Source of the DNA: Guillardia theta CCMP2712
Taxonomy: Eukaryota > Protista > Cryptophyta
DNA length: 64,000 bases
Assembly (NCBI RefSeq): GCF_000315625.1
Contig: NW_005434650.1
Location: 400,005 to 464,004 of the forward strand
Direction of reading: 5' to 3'
The position numbers and the translations under genes were made by a program. Below, piece after piece: positions 34,800 through 49,100 of the stretch (the first letter of the stretch is position 1; every line of letters begins with the position of its first letter). Under the pieces are notes generated by a model. That model saw only the letters and a program-made list of their open reading frames with translations, searched no databases and was not told the DNA's origin.

Positions 34800-34980
34800 T
34801 AGATGTGTGTGGGTACTTTCCCTGTGTTGTCCTTGTATTTTATGTAAATAAATAGTTCAAAGTTCCACATCTGTTTACGTGAACACACATCTAGAAATGC
34901 GTGATGATTGGAATAATTCATATGTGATTGGAACAATTGCTACTACAAAGACACTGCTTGAAATTCCATTCCAAATTCAA

Positions 34981-36711
34981 CTACGAGTTGAGGTTCAGCA
35001 TGTACGGCATGGTCTCAATGGCGATGGTTGGGTTTTGACAGTCCGAGTGCACCTGTGGAGCAAGGATGAGACATTCCATCACCTTCGTTGATCTCAACAT
35101 CGTCACCTCGTCGATCTGCTTCAACACCTGAAGCAACATCAGTCTACACAGTAGCGTGCTAGCACATCCTTCACCTCTTCTGGCAGCTGGGCAGAGGCCT
35201 CCTCGAATGCATCCATGTTCTACCAGGATGATATCAGCCATGCACATCATTCCGATGTCTTCACGAATGAATTCTACCTCCTTCAACTGCTCCACCGTTG
35301 TAGCCCCAATGATGGTCGACGCCACGAACCTACGTGACAAGGATGTTCAGGACGATCAATATGAGGTCTCAAGTAGAACTCTTTGAAACTCACCAACGGC
35401 TCACACAGAATTTAAGTGCAAGCGTCGCCATAGACATTCCTGGTGAACGATGAGAAAATACTTGATTAACCTCCTGCCGGAAGCTCTTCCACCTGCGTTT
35501 TTGGCGATTACAGCATACCTCTCGCACGCCTTGGTTGCGTTTGGCTGCGAGGAAGCATAGTCATTAACATTAACAACAACGTGCTGAACACACAATCATT
35601 AGTGCTTCCTCACCGTCAAGAAGCGAACCATCCAATTCTGGTACATGGTGTGTCGGCACTTCTCAGGAAAGCTGCTCTGCGTGGGAATATCAACGATCTA
35701 TCGTCCAAATATCAAATCAGCATACTTTATCTTTCAGCCGGCCATCCTCATTGAAGTACTTGTTGGTCAGCATGCCTCCAGCGAGAGGAGTCCAGGCCAA
35801 GAGGCCGATGTTGTAGTTCGAGGGTGCACAGGCCTCGGCAAGCTCTCCTTCAAACGGGCGGTACAGAAGCGAAAACTGATTCTGAATCGAGATAGGTCTC
35901 GGGCAGCCGATCTTGTCCGCTGCCTGCACCCACTGACAAACGCCAAAGGTGGTTTCATTGGACAGGCCATAGTATCGAATCTTTCCTGAGTCGATCAGTT
36001 GCTTCACGGCAGCCACCTGCTCTGCGATTGGAATGCTATCAGGCCTCTCTTTCTGTGGATTGTAACACAAGCTCCCAAACAAAGGAGCATAACGATCAGG
36101 CCAGTGGATCTGGTAGAGGTCGATGTAATCTGTCTGCAATCGCTTCAGCGAAGCATTGCAAGCCTCGATGATCGAAGCAGCATCGAGCCTTGCAGGGGCT
36201 GGCGTGGGCTTCCCGTTCTCCCCGATCCCCCCACCCGTGCCCAGAGTCACCTTCCTGTTCCCGGCAGTTTCAGAGCTTGGACTGAAGCCTGCTACCTTGG
36301 TGGCGATGAAAACTTTGGATCTCATCTCAGGTTTCTTGGCCAGCCAACGTCCAATGATCTCCTCTGAAGCGCCTGGTTTCCAGCGAGGATCAGAGGCAGG
36401 AGCTGGATACATCTCAGCTGTGTCGATGAAGTTCCCTCCCCTTCCCACGTAGTAGTCGAGAATTGCGTGCGACTCCTCCTGTGTTCCGGTCGTAAGCGGG
36501 CACATCACTCAAGGTAACCAGGTCACATCAGGAAAGGAATAGATAGAAGCGCAAAGGGGAGCAGGATGATAGAAGAGACAGGAGACGACAGGAGAGCAGG
36601 TATCGAGGGAGTGAGCATGTCTACCTCGCTGTTCTGCACGCCGAAGGTCATTGTTCCGAGGCAGATTCTGCTTACGCGCTCTTCGCTCCATCCCAGCTTG
36701 CACTTGAACAT
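34981..36711 (-). CDS. Aldo-keto reductase, Tas-like
   Basis: VSRICLGTMTFG, GGNFIDTAEMY, ATKV, SLKRLQTDYIDLYQIHWPDRY, GKIRYYGLSNETTFG, STIIGATTVEQLKE. Confidence 0.95.
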
Positions 36712-37066
36712 GGCGGCGGCTCTTCTGGAATCTTTTGCAGGTTTATTACTCTTCGGACCGGACCGGCGGGCCCGGTGCCGATCACTGAAAAGCCTTGTAG
36801 TAATATTTCTTCTGTCGCTCCTCCGGGTCTGCCTCAGAGGAGCACTGGACCGGCATGCAGGCGGTATGCACGAGCATGGGAGGGTGGGGTGGGGAGAGGA
36901 GAGGAGGGAGGCGGAGGACAGGAGCAGGTCTTCAGGGAAAGCCGTGCTCCTCACATTGGGTACGAGAGAGCAGGAGGTGTATCAGAAAGTTGGGTGGGAG
37001 GAGGAGGTCCAGCATGCTTGTGGGCGCTGGGAGTGAAAAGGGACAAAGAAAATTACAAGAGTTGGG

Positions 37067-37528
37067 ATGGAGGGGCTGGCGGAGAGGAGAAATTTACTCA
37101 CTCTCGTGATGTTCAGGCAAATATTGATAAGCTCGACAAGCAGAGTGCGAAAGAAGTGCAGTCATTCATAGAACAACAACATCAGATTCAGCAGGTACGC
37201 CCCATTCCAGACATGCACAACCGCTGACCTTGCGCGTGGAAGATTCAAGCGATTGTAGGAAAGATCACAGACATCTGCTGGGACAAGTGCGTATCGAAGC
37301 CGGGCAAGGAGCTCACCGATGCCGAGAAGAATGTGATCCCATTTTATTGGCACATCACGAGGATGTAACTCTGATCAACAGTGCATTGCGAACTGTTCGG
37401 AACGATTTTTGGATACGAGCATGTTTGTCGTGAATCGCATACAGGTTTTGTTTTAAGATCAAACTGCCGGCTGGATTTTTCTCCTGACTTTGATGCAGCA
37501 AAAGACGAATCCCAAGAAAGAGAAGTAA
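37067..37528 (+). CDS. TIM8: Small Tim intermembrane-space chaperone, Tim8-like (start uncertain)
   Basis: Spliced twin CX3C: KITDICWDKCVSKPGKELTDAEKN-CIANCSERFLDTSMFVVNRIQ. Confidence 0.85.
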
Positions 37529-37619
37529 ATCACATCCGACATGTGAAGAATTGAGAGATTGTTGTGTTATTGGACTTAGAATACATTCCTACGCCTGATC
37601 GTGACATTATCAATGTCCC

Positions 37620-39945
37620 TCACTCTCCCGAGCCCTTCAGATCGTTCTGCATCTTCTCCAAGTCCCGCAGACATTCGTCTGCCACAAGCTCTCAGTCCGA
37701 CGCAATGCGGCTTGAGCAAGGGTGTCACCGTGCGGACGGTACAAGAAGTCGATGGGACGCCAAACCTGCATGGTGCCTCCACCCATGGCCTATCCTTACG
37801 CTAAGAGGAACGAGAGGAGGAACGGCAGACGGGAGTTGACGAGGATAAGGGAGGGAAAGGTTCAGAGAGAATTACCCATGCTGCGTCTTCCGAGACAGAA
37901 GCAAGTGTCCAGGGGATGACAGGGTTCCAGTGAAGGTCCTGTACGCTCCCTCTGTGTCTGCAAGACGGTCTGCTCACTCTCACCCTCTGGCTGTTCCACA
38001 TGCTCACCCGCAGTGCTTGAAGATAACCTCCTTCGATTCCTGGGCCTCCCCCATGCTCTCGCTCTGCGCGCCCAGTTGGCTGATGTCCCAGATGCAGACG
38101 AAGCAGTCATCGCCCCCGCTTGCATAGTGAACAGTCGAGTCTGGTCGCCATCCCTGCAGCCTTGTGACCGAGAAAGTGAGCCGTCTACTGTCCTCACCAC
38201 ACGGAAAACAGGTTCTTGGTGCTGATGCAACTTGTGCAAAGGTTCTATACCTTCGCCGCCGCCGATCTGATGGGAATCAGGTGAGCACAAAGATCAAGGC
38301 AGTCAAGAATCACTTTGCGTCGGTCAACAACGAAAGTTGCTCCGCTTGCAGTCCCTACGACTAAGAGATTGAGATCCGATGGATTCCAATCTAGTTTGAC
38401 GTAAATTTCTATACTAGTTCCTTGAGAATCTGAAATTACCAACACAGTGCAGGTCAACACATTCTCTCTGCAACGCCTCCGAAATCTATGTTCACAGCGA
38501 AATGAATCCAAAGAGCTTTCAACCGCATTTCAAACCTTCGAATTCGAGGCCCTCGCATCCCAAAATAACAATTTCTGGTCGTCTCCAACCTGTCAGAGCT
38601 CTTCACCGCCGAATTCATTTGAACATGAGCGAAGTACAGAACAAAACTCGGAGGATGACGAGGGATTGAAACAGACGTCCTCGACCGTAGCTTGGTGCCC
38701 TTCAAACCTGCCACGGGACTTCAACGCCTGCAAAAGCGCATCTTCTCATATCAAAGAGCTACTTTGAAAGGGGAGGAATCATCCCGTTGGCGTCTCTTCC
38801 TGGGCTGCAAAGAATTTCAACGAGACCATTGAATCAGAATCTTTGACTAGAATACGTGCTCTTTGGGTTGTTGTCCAACGACCACATAAGGATGATCCCA
38901 TCACGATCTCCACTAAGGACCTGTACCGGATGAGGGAGAGGCGGCACACATGGCAGAACACCCGCGGCTCGATGACTGAAGAATCTAGAGCAAAGTTTGA
39001 GTCGCAGCTTCCTTCGCTATGGCCCGTTAAGGTCGCAACAGGGATGAAACTGAGAGAACGAATCAGATCGACATGTTCAACATCTCTTTCCACTTGCCTT
39101 TCAGGCGATGACAGATCCCATACATGAAGCTCATTCAGATCCGATTTGGTGAACAAAATGTTCAAATTCTGCAAATTGCAATGAGGTTGTCCAAGAGGAA
39201 ACGAGCTAAATTGCCAAGTGTTGTACCTGCTCGCAAGTGTAAATCTTGTTCACTTCCGTACCATTAGGAGTTGGTATTCTTGTCAACACCTGCATACAGT
39301 CATCGGAAGGAAGTATGGTTGTGAGGAATCTGGTGAGACCGTCACAGAAGGTGAAGACAAAGTCTCTTCAAACTTGTCCTGTCACAGTTCTTGTTTCTCA
39401 GCAAATGACGAACGTGATTTGGGTTGTCTTGCCATTTTCATTGGATCTGTTGTCCTTGGCTTTGCAATCTTGACATTGGCGGATATGATTGTGTTGGGAG
39501 CAGCACCGCGCTCACAGTAGTACACACTGCAGCAAGTTCAAGCCTGTAGTGAAGAAAAAATTCACGGCTTTTTTCACCGCTGAATGATATGGTTCTGTTC
39601 TTCGCCCAAGCGATGCCCCCAGCGGATGCAAGAGGAAGGATGAGTCAGGTGATGATTGATGAGTCTACAACAAGATGTTATCGACGTGCTCGAGGAGAGA
39701 CCAGCAGGATCACGTGTCATAGAGAAGTGGGGTGTGCTTCTTCCATTGCTGGTAGTTGTTTGACTGAACCTGGGCACTCACAAGTCAGCTCGGCATCCAC
39801 CTGATCATCAGTCTCATACCGTGTCCTTGGATTCATCATTTTGGTCGTTGTCTTTAGACCCCATGATCAACCTCGTCCTGCATGCAGCCCATCGTCACCC
39901 TCAGTCCAACAGCGTGTACCACTTCCTTGCTCCTGCGCTGACCAT
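37620..39945 (-). CDS. Histone-binding WD40 protein, RBBP4/MSI family (MSI4/FVE-like)
   Basis: NYQQWKKHTPLLYDT-LINHHLTHPSSCIRWG (CAF1C H4-binding), TLTGHSEG, C-terminal VWRPIDFLYRPH-DECLRDLEK; alternative start 39864. Confidence 0.85.
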
Positions 39946-40580
39946 GCTACCGCCCCGTCATCTTCAGAATATCTCCAAGTTTTCAACAAAGTCGATCTTC
40001 TATCCATCCTCTGAATCCTGTAGAGATCTTCCTAGTCAACCTAACTATCGTTCGCTCGCCAACCCAACGGATCCCCTTCCGTCCTGTGTCTCCTACACGC
40101 GTCACATCTCCCAATCCGCCCCCCTTCCCTGATCCACCCCTGCGTCTCTCTTGCTGCTCGGCTATCAACTTCGTTTCTTACTCTCCTCCTCTCACTTCAT
40201 CCTCCCTCCCTTCCCCCCCCTTCCTCCTCTGCCTCGGATCCTCCACTTTCCACAAAAAATTCCCGCCATGCCGTCTCCTCGTGGGGATGAGGGCCATGTA
40301 ATTTTCAGTCAATTGTGGACATTTTAGTCAAATTTGTGGGAGACATACAAGCGATGCAGGCAGGGGAGGAGGGCGCGAGAGGAGCGGGAGCGGGAGCGGG
40401 AGCGCGACAGTTGGAAGATGGCCGAGGAGGAGGAGTGGGAGAAGGAGATGATCATGGGATGAAGATGTGCAGGTAGAAATGGCTGGGTGGAACTGGAAGA
40501 CATCCAAGAGAAGAGAAGGAATGTCAGTCTGTTGCGGCTCGTGATCGCCCCAGTGCATAAGGATCGCCCAAAGCAAGGCC

Positions 40581-43069
40581 ATGAGGGGTCATCTACTTGC
40601 TATGATGCTGATGAGCGTCGCAACTTTGACCGACTCCTTCACTATGATGAGCTTCAAGCAGCATGTACACGAGGAGGTGAAGGTAGTTTCGTCGGGTTTG
40701 AGCTTCAGGCGATTGTGTCTGCGGACCATGAAGTCTGTTCGTTGCCCCATGAGAGGCATGCACATGAGCGTGAGCAATGACTTCAAAGGCGAGGGCGACA
40801 GAAAATCTAACACCGACATCAACCAAGTTGTGTCAGGAACAGACAAGATCCCACAAGGAGTGGAGCATAACCAGCAAGACAAGGGAAAAGCTGAGGGTCA
40901 ATCATGGAAGCAATGGTCGGTCTTTGACAGAAAGTACGACCGTGAGATCATCAGCATGGCTATACCCAGCTACACAGCCGTTCTGCTGGATCCTATCACC
41001 ACCCTCATCGACGTTTCCTTCATCGGGCGGCTTCCGGAAGCAGCGCTCAGCCTGGCGGGTGTCGGGATGTCAAACACGATCCTCAACTACTTTGGGTTCA
41101 CTTTCTTCTTCATGGTCGTGACCACCACCACAACTCTCGCTCAAGTCCTGGCCAAGTCCTACAGTGCAGCTGACGCGCACGAACTCTCTAGTCAAGAGCC
41201 TCGCGCAAGCCTCGAGGAGGTTTCAGCTGAAGGCTCCAGAGTCATCGCCGGTTCGATCATCTTCGCGTCCATCCTCGGCCTCGCGTCTTCGAGCCTGGCA
41301 TGGTACTTCGCTCCCAACCTCGTCGCGCTGGTGGGAGGAAGCAACAGTGCCGAGGCGTTTCCGTATGCAGTAGCATACATGAGGAGCAAGGTGAGAGAGG
41401 TGTGGATGTGCTACTTTCAGTGACGGTAAGGAAAGAGTTTGGGGATCCCAGCGACTATCATCTTCTTCTCCATCATCGGAGCTTATCGGGGATACAAAGA
41501 TCTCACTACTCCTCTCGTCGGAAACGTCCTGAGCAGGTAGGACAACTCCAGCTGCCCTCATCTCACCTCTGACCGCACCAGCTTGTGTAAGGTGTGCATG
41601 GGATACATCTTCCTCTTCAAGATCGGGCTGGTATGCACCATCGCAAGGGCTCCTGTCTGTCTCTTATGCTTCTGCCTAGGGTGTGGCGGGTGCTGGGCTC
41701 GCGGACGCTCTCTCTCGATACTGCAGGCAAGCTGACGATGGAGGGAGACAACGACGTGACGAGTCTGGGCAGCTGTATAGCGTTGACGTTCCTCCTTGTC
41801 AAGCACGAGAGGCTGCGACTCAAAGACTTCTGCCGGTCAGATCGTCTCCTCACTTCCAACGTCAGACGCGCTCACGCATCGCAGGCTGCCTGAGAGAAGC
41901 TTGTTCCTCGACCTCTGCGCTCCCGGAGGGGCCTTGACGTTCAGGAAGGTCTGACCTCCTCGTTTCGCCTTCATCTCCTCCTCATTCACCAACCTCTCAG
42001 CTCGTCGAGCAATTCTCCTTCACCGCCACCACACGGATGGCCTCATCCTTCGGCTCTGCCGCTGTCGCAAGCTCGGAGATCGTTCGTCAGGTTCCCCTAC
42101 TGGCTCGTTGGACCCTCTGAGCTACTGGGCAGTGTTGGTCCCTCCTTTCCGTGCTCTGGTGGCCCATGTCGGTCGCAGGCCAGGTGAGGATGCAGTGCAG
42201 GGAGGGAGGGGAGGCCTGACTAGAGCAGACGCTCGTGGCGACGTTGCTGGCTGAGTGGAATGCGACCAAGAAGATGTCGAAACTCGATCAGGTGCGATGA
42301 GGAGTGGGGGGGAGTCGAGAGTGCTCAGGGCAAACAGGCTCGGAAGGTCTCCATGAGGGTTATGGGCATCAGGTAAAGCCATCCCCTTCCACCTCCTCAA
42401 TGTCACTCTACTCATCATTACCACTTGTTTGTTGCAAACTGACTTTCGCCCTCTCCTTCCCCTCCTTCTCCTCATGCAGCACGTCGCTCGGCATGACAGG
42501 AGCTGCTATCGTCATCCTAGGAAGCTCGTGGATTCCATCGGTGATGACAAGCAGCGAGATCGTTCAGGTGGAGCAATCGCACCAGCATCTCGCTAGTCTC
42601 ACTCCACACCAGTCGTTCGCGTCACAGCAGCTTCCCTTGGTGGCCTGCATCATGCCCCTGTCGGCCTTGTGCGACGTCGTGGAGTCGATCTTCATCGCCG
42701 GTGAGGGACCGACAACTCGTGCGCAGGACTGACGCGCTTGCAGCCAAGTTCTATCAAATCGTGGTGAGGGGGATGATGTTCGGGGCGTGTGGACTTGCAC
42801 TGGTCCTGCTGGCGGGCAAGGTGGGCGACCTGGAGCCGGATGCACTTTGATTGACCTGTTTGCGGGCAGAACTTGCAGCTGGGAATGACCACCGTGTGGC
42901 TGGGCATATTCACCCTCTACCTCGTACGCTCATTCCTCCCTTCGTCCGCACATGCGCGTGTGACGTCTGGTCGCAGGTTCGAACCCTCTGGTCGATTCAC
43001 AACTTTAATCAACGAGACTCACCCATTCCGCCTGTCCAGCCCTGGACAAGTGCCAAGTACGGGAGTTAG
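40581..43069 (+). CDS. MATE (DinF-like) transporter with bipartite plastid-targeting peptide
   Basis: MRGHLLAMMLMSVATLTDS-F; DREIISMAIPSYTAVLLDPITTLIDVSFIGRL..LAGVG..F.FMVVTTTT; GAYRGYKDLTTPL. Confidence 0.9.
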
Positions 43070-43162
43070 CAGTATCAGGCACTTGTTCTTCAACAAACAT
43101 ACACTAGCGCTAGTGTACGTGAGCCAGATGCATCTGGCTCGATCTAAGACTGTGACTTGTGC

Positions 43163-46100
43163 TTAGTCTATCTGCAACAGGATCCCAACTCCTGCCAGCA
43201 CCCACTTGTAACAGTAGATGCCGTAGAGGGTCACCACAGTAGGCTCGGAGGTCTTGAGCTGAGAGAAGAACACGTAGGAACCGGGCGGGTTGCCTCCGCC
43301 TCGTTGCGAGACGTAGTACACCGGGCAGTCGTAGTACCCCGTCATTCTCCTCTCCTTGGTCGGGATGGCCTTGAGGTGGATGACTGGCATTGGGGGGGCG
43401 AGCTCTCGTAGAATAGAGTCTCGCAGCTCGTCGGCCTGCACAAGGATAAGTCAGGAAAGTCATCTCCCTCGCAGCATGCTCCAGCTCTACCTCACGATCC
43501 CATCTAGCGCCCTCGATGAAGAGGCCATGGATGTAGGCGCCCTCCTCCGGCTGCCCCTCCGGCTGCTCCCACTCCATCTTAGTGATGTCCGTGAACGTTT
43601 CCACGTCATCAAGAGGCCACTGGTGCGCTCTCGCTGTCGTCTGCATGACGGCAGTCACGAACGCCATCGGGTTGAACGTCCCCGACAGCCAGACGGAGGG
43701 AGGCATCTTCAGCGAGTCAGCCCAGTCTGCGAACTGCTTGATCCTATCCAGCACGTCCTGGAACCAGACAGGCAGCGACTTCAAGGTCCTCCATGCATCC
43801 TTCTCCCACGTCTGCAGAGCGAGTCAGAGGTCAAACAAGAGTGTTCACAGGCCTCACCGATGGGATCTGATCCATGAACATCGACGTCATCTGCTTGTCC
43901 ATCATGTCGGAGATGTTCAGGGCTCCCTGCAGCCCCAGCTGCAGGTCGATCAGCGACTTGCGCATGGTGCCGAGTAGGATGTTCATTCGCTCGCATTCCT
44001 GGAGCAGCAGCACAAGGTAAGGGGTGAGATTCTCGGGGGGTCCGATCCTGGTCTTGATGTCGAAGATGTTGAAGTCCTCAGGAAGTCTCCCGAGGAAGTC
44101 TGTCACCTGCTTTGCAATGACATCTTCTTTCGAGGCCCCTCCTCCTCCCCCTCCTCCTCCTCCAAGCTCCATTAACTGCTTGAACAAGTTGAAGCACTCG
44201 TTGTTCAGGTACGAGATGTCCGCGTTGGGGTGCAGCCCGAAGGCGACGGGGGTCTCAGGTGGAAGGTTCCAGTCGATGTGATTCAGGTACTCCTCGTAGT
44301 TGCCCTTCAGCTTGGACTTGAACCCTGGGAAGAGCTCGTGCCCCTCCTGGTAGATCTGAGGGATCACGAGGGTCTCGAGGTAGGTCACGTTGGTACGTCG
44401 GTCCCACTTGTCAGTGATGTGTCCTCCGTACATGATTTCTCCGAAGATGTACTTCAGGTCCGCGTACGGGACCTCTTCGTTCGCTCGTGACCCTGTCCTT
44501 GCATTCAACATATTCACCGCAACCTGAGCACATTGCGCCAGGTCGCCCATGGTGAAACCGTAGATGTTGCTGCAGCTCCAACCGATGAAGCCGAACTTTC
44601 GACGGCCGTTGATGAGGGCATGGAAGCAACAGAGGGCTAGCAGCACAGGCTTGAAGTCCTCCTTCCTGTGACACGTGTCTATAAAGTTCTGGTCGAATGC
44701 CTGCCAGGCCCTTAGCAGGTTTGCGCGGAGGGACTGAGCTGGCTGGTTCGACACCTTGATGGAGTTCTGCAGGATCGCTTCAGGAATGGTCTGCTGCCAG
44801 GGCAGAGGAGGAGGTTCCGACGACAAGAAGCATCGGAAGTCAGGGTGAGTCCCCTCTTGTGAGGCCTCGAGCTTTCTCTCGAGGACCTTGACCCACAAGG
44901 ACATGAGGTGGATGTTCTGAAGGAACACCCATCCTCCCTCCTTCATGCACCTGTCCAGCGCTTGCTCTGCCACTGGCTCCTGGCCCTGACCCATGGAGAT
45001 GTTGATGAACATTCCATTCTCCACGGAGAAGCCCTTCTTCTTCAGCAGAGGGTCAAGATCCGCCACTACGTCCGCTCCTGGAAAGAGGTAAAAGAAGGCT
45101 GCGGTCTGCGGGGCCGTCTCGCGGTAGATTGAGAAAATGTTGAATGCCTCCTCATCAATGAACATCTTCCCGAACCTCTGAATGATGAGAGTCCGCAGGG
45201 AAGCCGTCAGACGATCCGGACGCAGAGCTCGCAATATGCAGAGCTTCTGGAATTCTGCGTAGTTGCCGTACTCCCCAGGAGGTGGCTTCAACTCTGGCTG
45301 CTCCAGCTTCACCCACTCTTCCCACTGCTTGGCACCGGACTCGATGTCCTGTGTGATCTTTTGGAAGGCTGGTATCTCTGCAAGCCCACAGACCGATTGC
45401 CAGGCATTCTCGTTGATGAAAGCAGAGACCTCGGCACTCATTAGAGGTGCGTTCATGTTCTTCGTCCCTTTCAACATGTACTGCACTTCATCCGGATTGA
45501 GCTCGCCCTTGTGCTCATTGGAGACATGAATTTCAGGGTTTCTCTGCAAGATCTTCAAGAAGATGCTGGTAACGAACAAGAGCTTGTGCTCGTCAAATAG
45601 CCCTCTCCTTGTGAAATTGTAAATACCATACGAGATCGAATACGTCAACTCTCTCAATCTGTTGGAGAGGTCGATGTTTTCATTTGTTTGTATCTCCCCA
45701 TTCTCCAATTTTCCTTTCAGCCCAGCTTTGATCATCATTGCAGCAACACGGAACCTCTTGAACCTGAAGTCAAGTGTCAATGACAACCACACCAGGGGAA
45801 GTCTCCAACACTCACGGGTTGTTTCCTTTGGTGCATTGTATCAACTTTTGGACGTGCATGGAATCGCCCACGTACTTCTTGCCTGCCGAGTCGATGGATT
45901 TGAGGAACACAGCAGTAAAGGCTGCAAGGGAGTAGTGATAGAAGCTGTGCACTTTGAACATTTCTCCCAGAGCGAAGAAGAGCAGAGCTCCTCTGTTCGC
46001 CACACCTCTGTAATCCTCACGAGCTTGATTAATGGTAATCTCTGTCTCCTTGGCGATTGCAACCTATCACATGAAGCATCAGCGCTCTTCGTGCAACAAC

Positions 46101-49100
46101 TTCTCATGGCAATTTACCTTCTCGTTGATCTCGATCGAAGTCTTCTTCGCGTCCTCCAGGGACTCGATCAGGGCGACATCTTCAGTGATGTCTCCTTGAG
46201 CTTCGGCCAGCTTTCTCAACAGATCGTCTTCAAGCTGCTTCAGCCTCACGGTGAATTCATTCTGCTGTTTTATCAAGGTCGTTTTCTCTTCTTCAAGATC
46301 TGGCCTTTCTTTGGTAACAACTTTCGCCAGCAGCTGATCCTCCAAACCATCCTAAAGAAACAAGTCAAGCGGGTATTGTAACAGGATCACTGAAGAAAAC
46401 GGCGGTTGACTCACCTCGGTGACCATAAAATTAATCAGAGTGCACTCCGCCTGAACTTCAGGGGGGTAATGCGGGTTGGCAAGTTTGGTATGTAGAATGA
46501 GCTTGAAGTTGTCGTTATATTCGACGTCCTTGTCCCCGAGCTTCACAAAAAAGTTTCTTCCCTTCTTGGTCTTCTGACGTCCAATGACTGGGCCAATCAC
46601 CGCATCGAGCGATTCTTGAAGGTTTTCAATCATCACTGACCAACCAGACTCCAAGGCTCTTTCCATCGTCTCCAGGAGTTTCTTTGTACCCAGCCTGGTG
46701 ACCTGCAAGTTGTTCTTGCTCTCCTTCTCTCGCACCCATACAATCCCTTGCAGCTGGGGGTCGATCATGAGCGGCCAGCGTTCGGCGTAGGTGGTGATTG
46801 CGCCATTTTCAATCGAAACTCGATCGGACGGCAGGCCCTCACTGTTCCAGCGCGCTACTTGAGCAGGGTCTGTAAGGATCGACATGGGATCGGGGTTGCC
46901 GGACAGCGGGACGTTGTTCTGCTTGAGGTAGGGAAGCATAACGTCGTTGATCAGTTTGTTCCTGAACAGCTTGTTGAAGCATCCTACGTACGAGACGAAA
47001 GCAGACGCTATCAAGACATCACCAGGTAGCAGCTCAGCATCAGCCTTCATCTGTTGGACATTGATTGCCCATCGCTCCTGCTCTGAGCCGAGGGCAGCCA
47101 TCAGGCGCTGAGCCAGACCGAGCTTGTTCTGGAGGCGCTCGCCCTCTGCAACCACAGCGTTCTTCTCGGCTACAACCTTGTCATACTCTTGGATCAAGAC
47201 CGCGAGCTTGGCCTCGAGATCAGCCACATGCGCGTTGACCTCAGCCAGCTTCGTGTTTGCTGCCTCCAGCTCGTCTTGTGCTTGTTTCAAAGCTTGACGC
47301 TTCGGTTCGACAGTCACAACAATGTCGTAATAAACGACAATGTTGAGAAGAAACTCGCAAAGACCTGCTGCAGCATTTGACTTTTTCTTCATGATTTCAG
47401 TGTCCTTCACATGCTCGTAAGCCAAATATGGCCTTGCTGCTTCAACAAACTTTGCCTGCATCTGGGAATTGTCGATGACTTGCTTCAATCCTTTCAAGTC
47501 TTCGATAAACTTGTTGACATCCTTCATCATATTCTTTGCTGCGTTCCAATCTCTGTTCTTGGGCCCCTCTCCTCGAATAGCCAAGATTGCAGCAGTGACA
47601 TCGTCTACACCTGGAGGTGGTTTTCCCATACTCTTCAACTCTCCGAGATCCTTTTTGTTGAGGGTATCGAGCGCAGCTTCAGCCTTCTCGACTGCGGGAA
47701 TAGCAGCAGCGAGGTCTCTCTCACAATCTTCTTGCATGATCGATGCGTTGTTTGCAATCACAGCAGTCTTGGCTGCCTCCTCTTGCGCCGCAGCCGCAGC
47801 TTCTTCAACCTTGGCTTTCTCTCCTCCGACTACTTCCGCAACTTCGTCAGCTTTCACCTTAGCTGCTTCTACTTCAACAGACTTCACTTTCACTTGCTCA
47901 ACGAGAATGGCAACATCAGAGGCAGTATGTTCCAATTTGTCGAGACCATTGCTTAAACGCAATATGTTTGCTTCCAAATCTGATCTTTTCTTGGCCAACA
48001 TGTTCTTGTATAGATATATCAGCTCTAGGAATGACTTTGGTGTGGTGTAGTTGTATCGTTTCTCCTGCGCTAGATACTCTTCTGAGGCTTCATTGACTCG
48101 ACCGAAGGAGAATGGCATAAATTTGGTGATGACTTCTTTGGTTTCTGGTTTTCCGAGGTCGTTGTCATGAAGGAATCTCTTGGCGACATCGAACAAGGCA
48201 GTCTCGGGCCATGGCTGGAACCAATCGATGACAGTCGAGTTGATCAGAGAAGGGAAGCGCGAAGCTCGCCTTCTGAAAGCGTCTCCAACAGGAGAGAAGC
48301 AGAGGCACACGTGCAAGTTCTTCTTCACTTTGGCGATGAAGAACTCAAACATAGGATCCTTCGCATCGGGGACACCCTCTCCTTTCCCTTCATTTCGAAT
48401 CGTGTTGTAAATGGTGTCAACCTCGTCGGGTGCGAACAAACCAGGAATCTTTCCAGATGACAACATCTCGTTCAAATACACAAGGAATCTCTCATCAGCA
48501 ATCTGTGAATCCAAGAACATGAAGACTATCTGCTCTCCTTTCAGTCCTGCCTTGAAGTACATCTGCTTGATATCTTCCTTCAAATCACCCATTCCATACG
48601 TCCCAGAGATGGCGATTTGAACCACAGAGCAGTTGCAAATGAACGCAGAAAGCCTGCAAAGAGATTGCTTACCCGACCCTCCAACTCCGACCATCAATCC
48701 ATGTCCGTTCTGAAGGATTCTGCATATTCTGCACACATGCTTCATTGCATCTTCGAACAGAACGAGATTCATGGCGGCATTCGTCTCATTGTAAGAGTTC
48801 AAAGCCATGTTGAGGATGTGGCTGAGTGAATCCATGCTTTCAGCTTTGTTGTAGCTCTTCTCATCAAGATCCTTCCAACAGTGACAGAAGATCAGAGGGG
48901 TTGGGAATACGATGCTTTGATCCAAATCCTTAAAGTATTTCTTGCCGACATCCTTGGCAATCTTTTGAAAGTCGTCCAAATGCTTGGTGGATACAAGCCT
49001 GTCCCCGTAAGTCCTTTCACACTCGTGTATGAACAAAGAAGCGAATTTCGCTTGCTCAGAGAAGTATGCAGGCTCGGACATGAGCATGCCTTTGAAGATC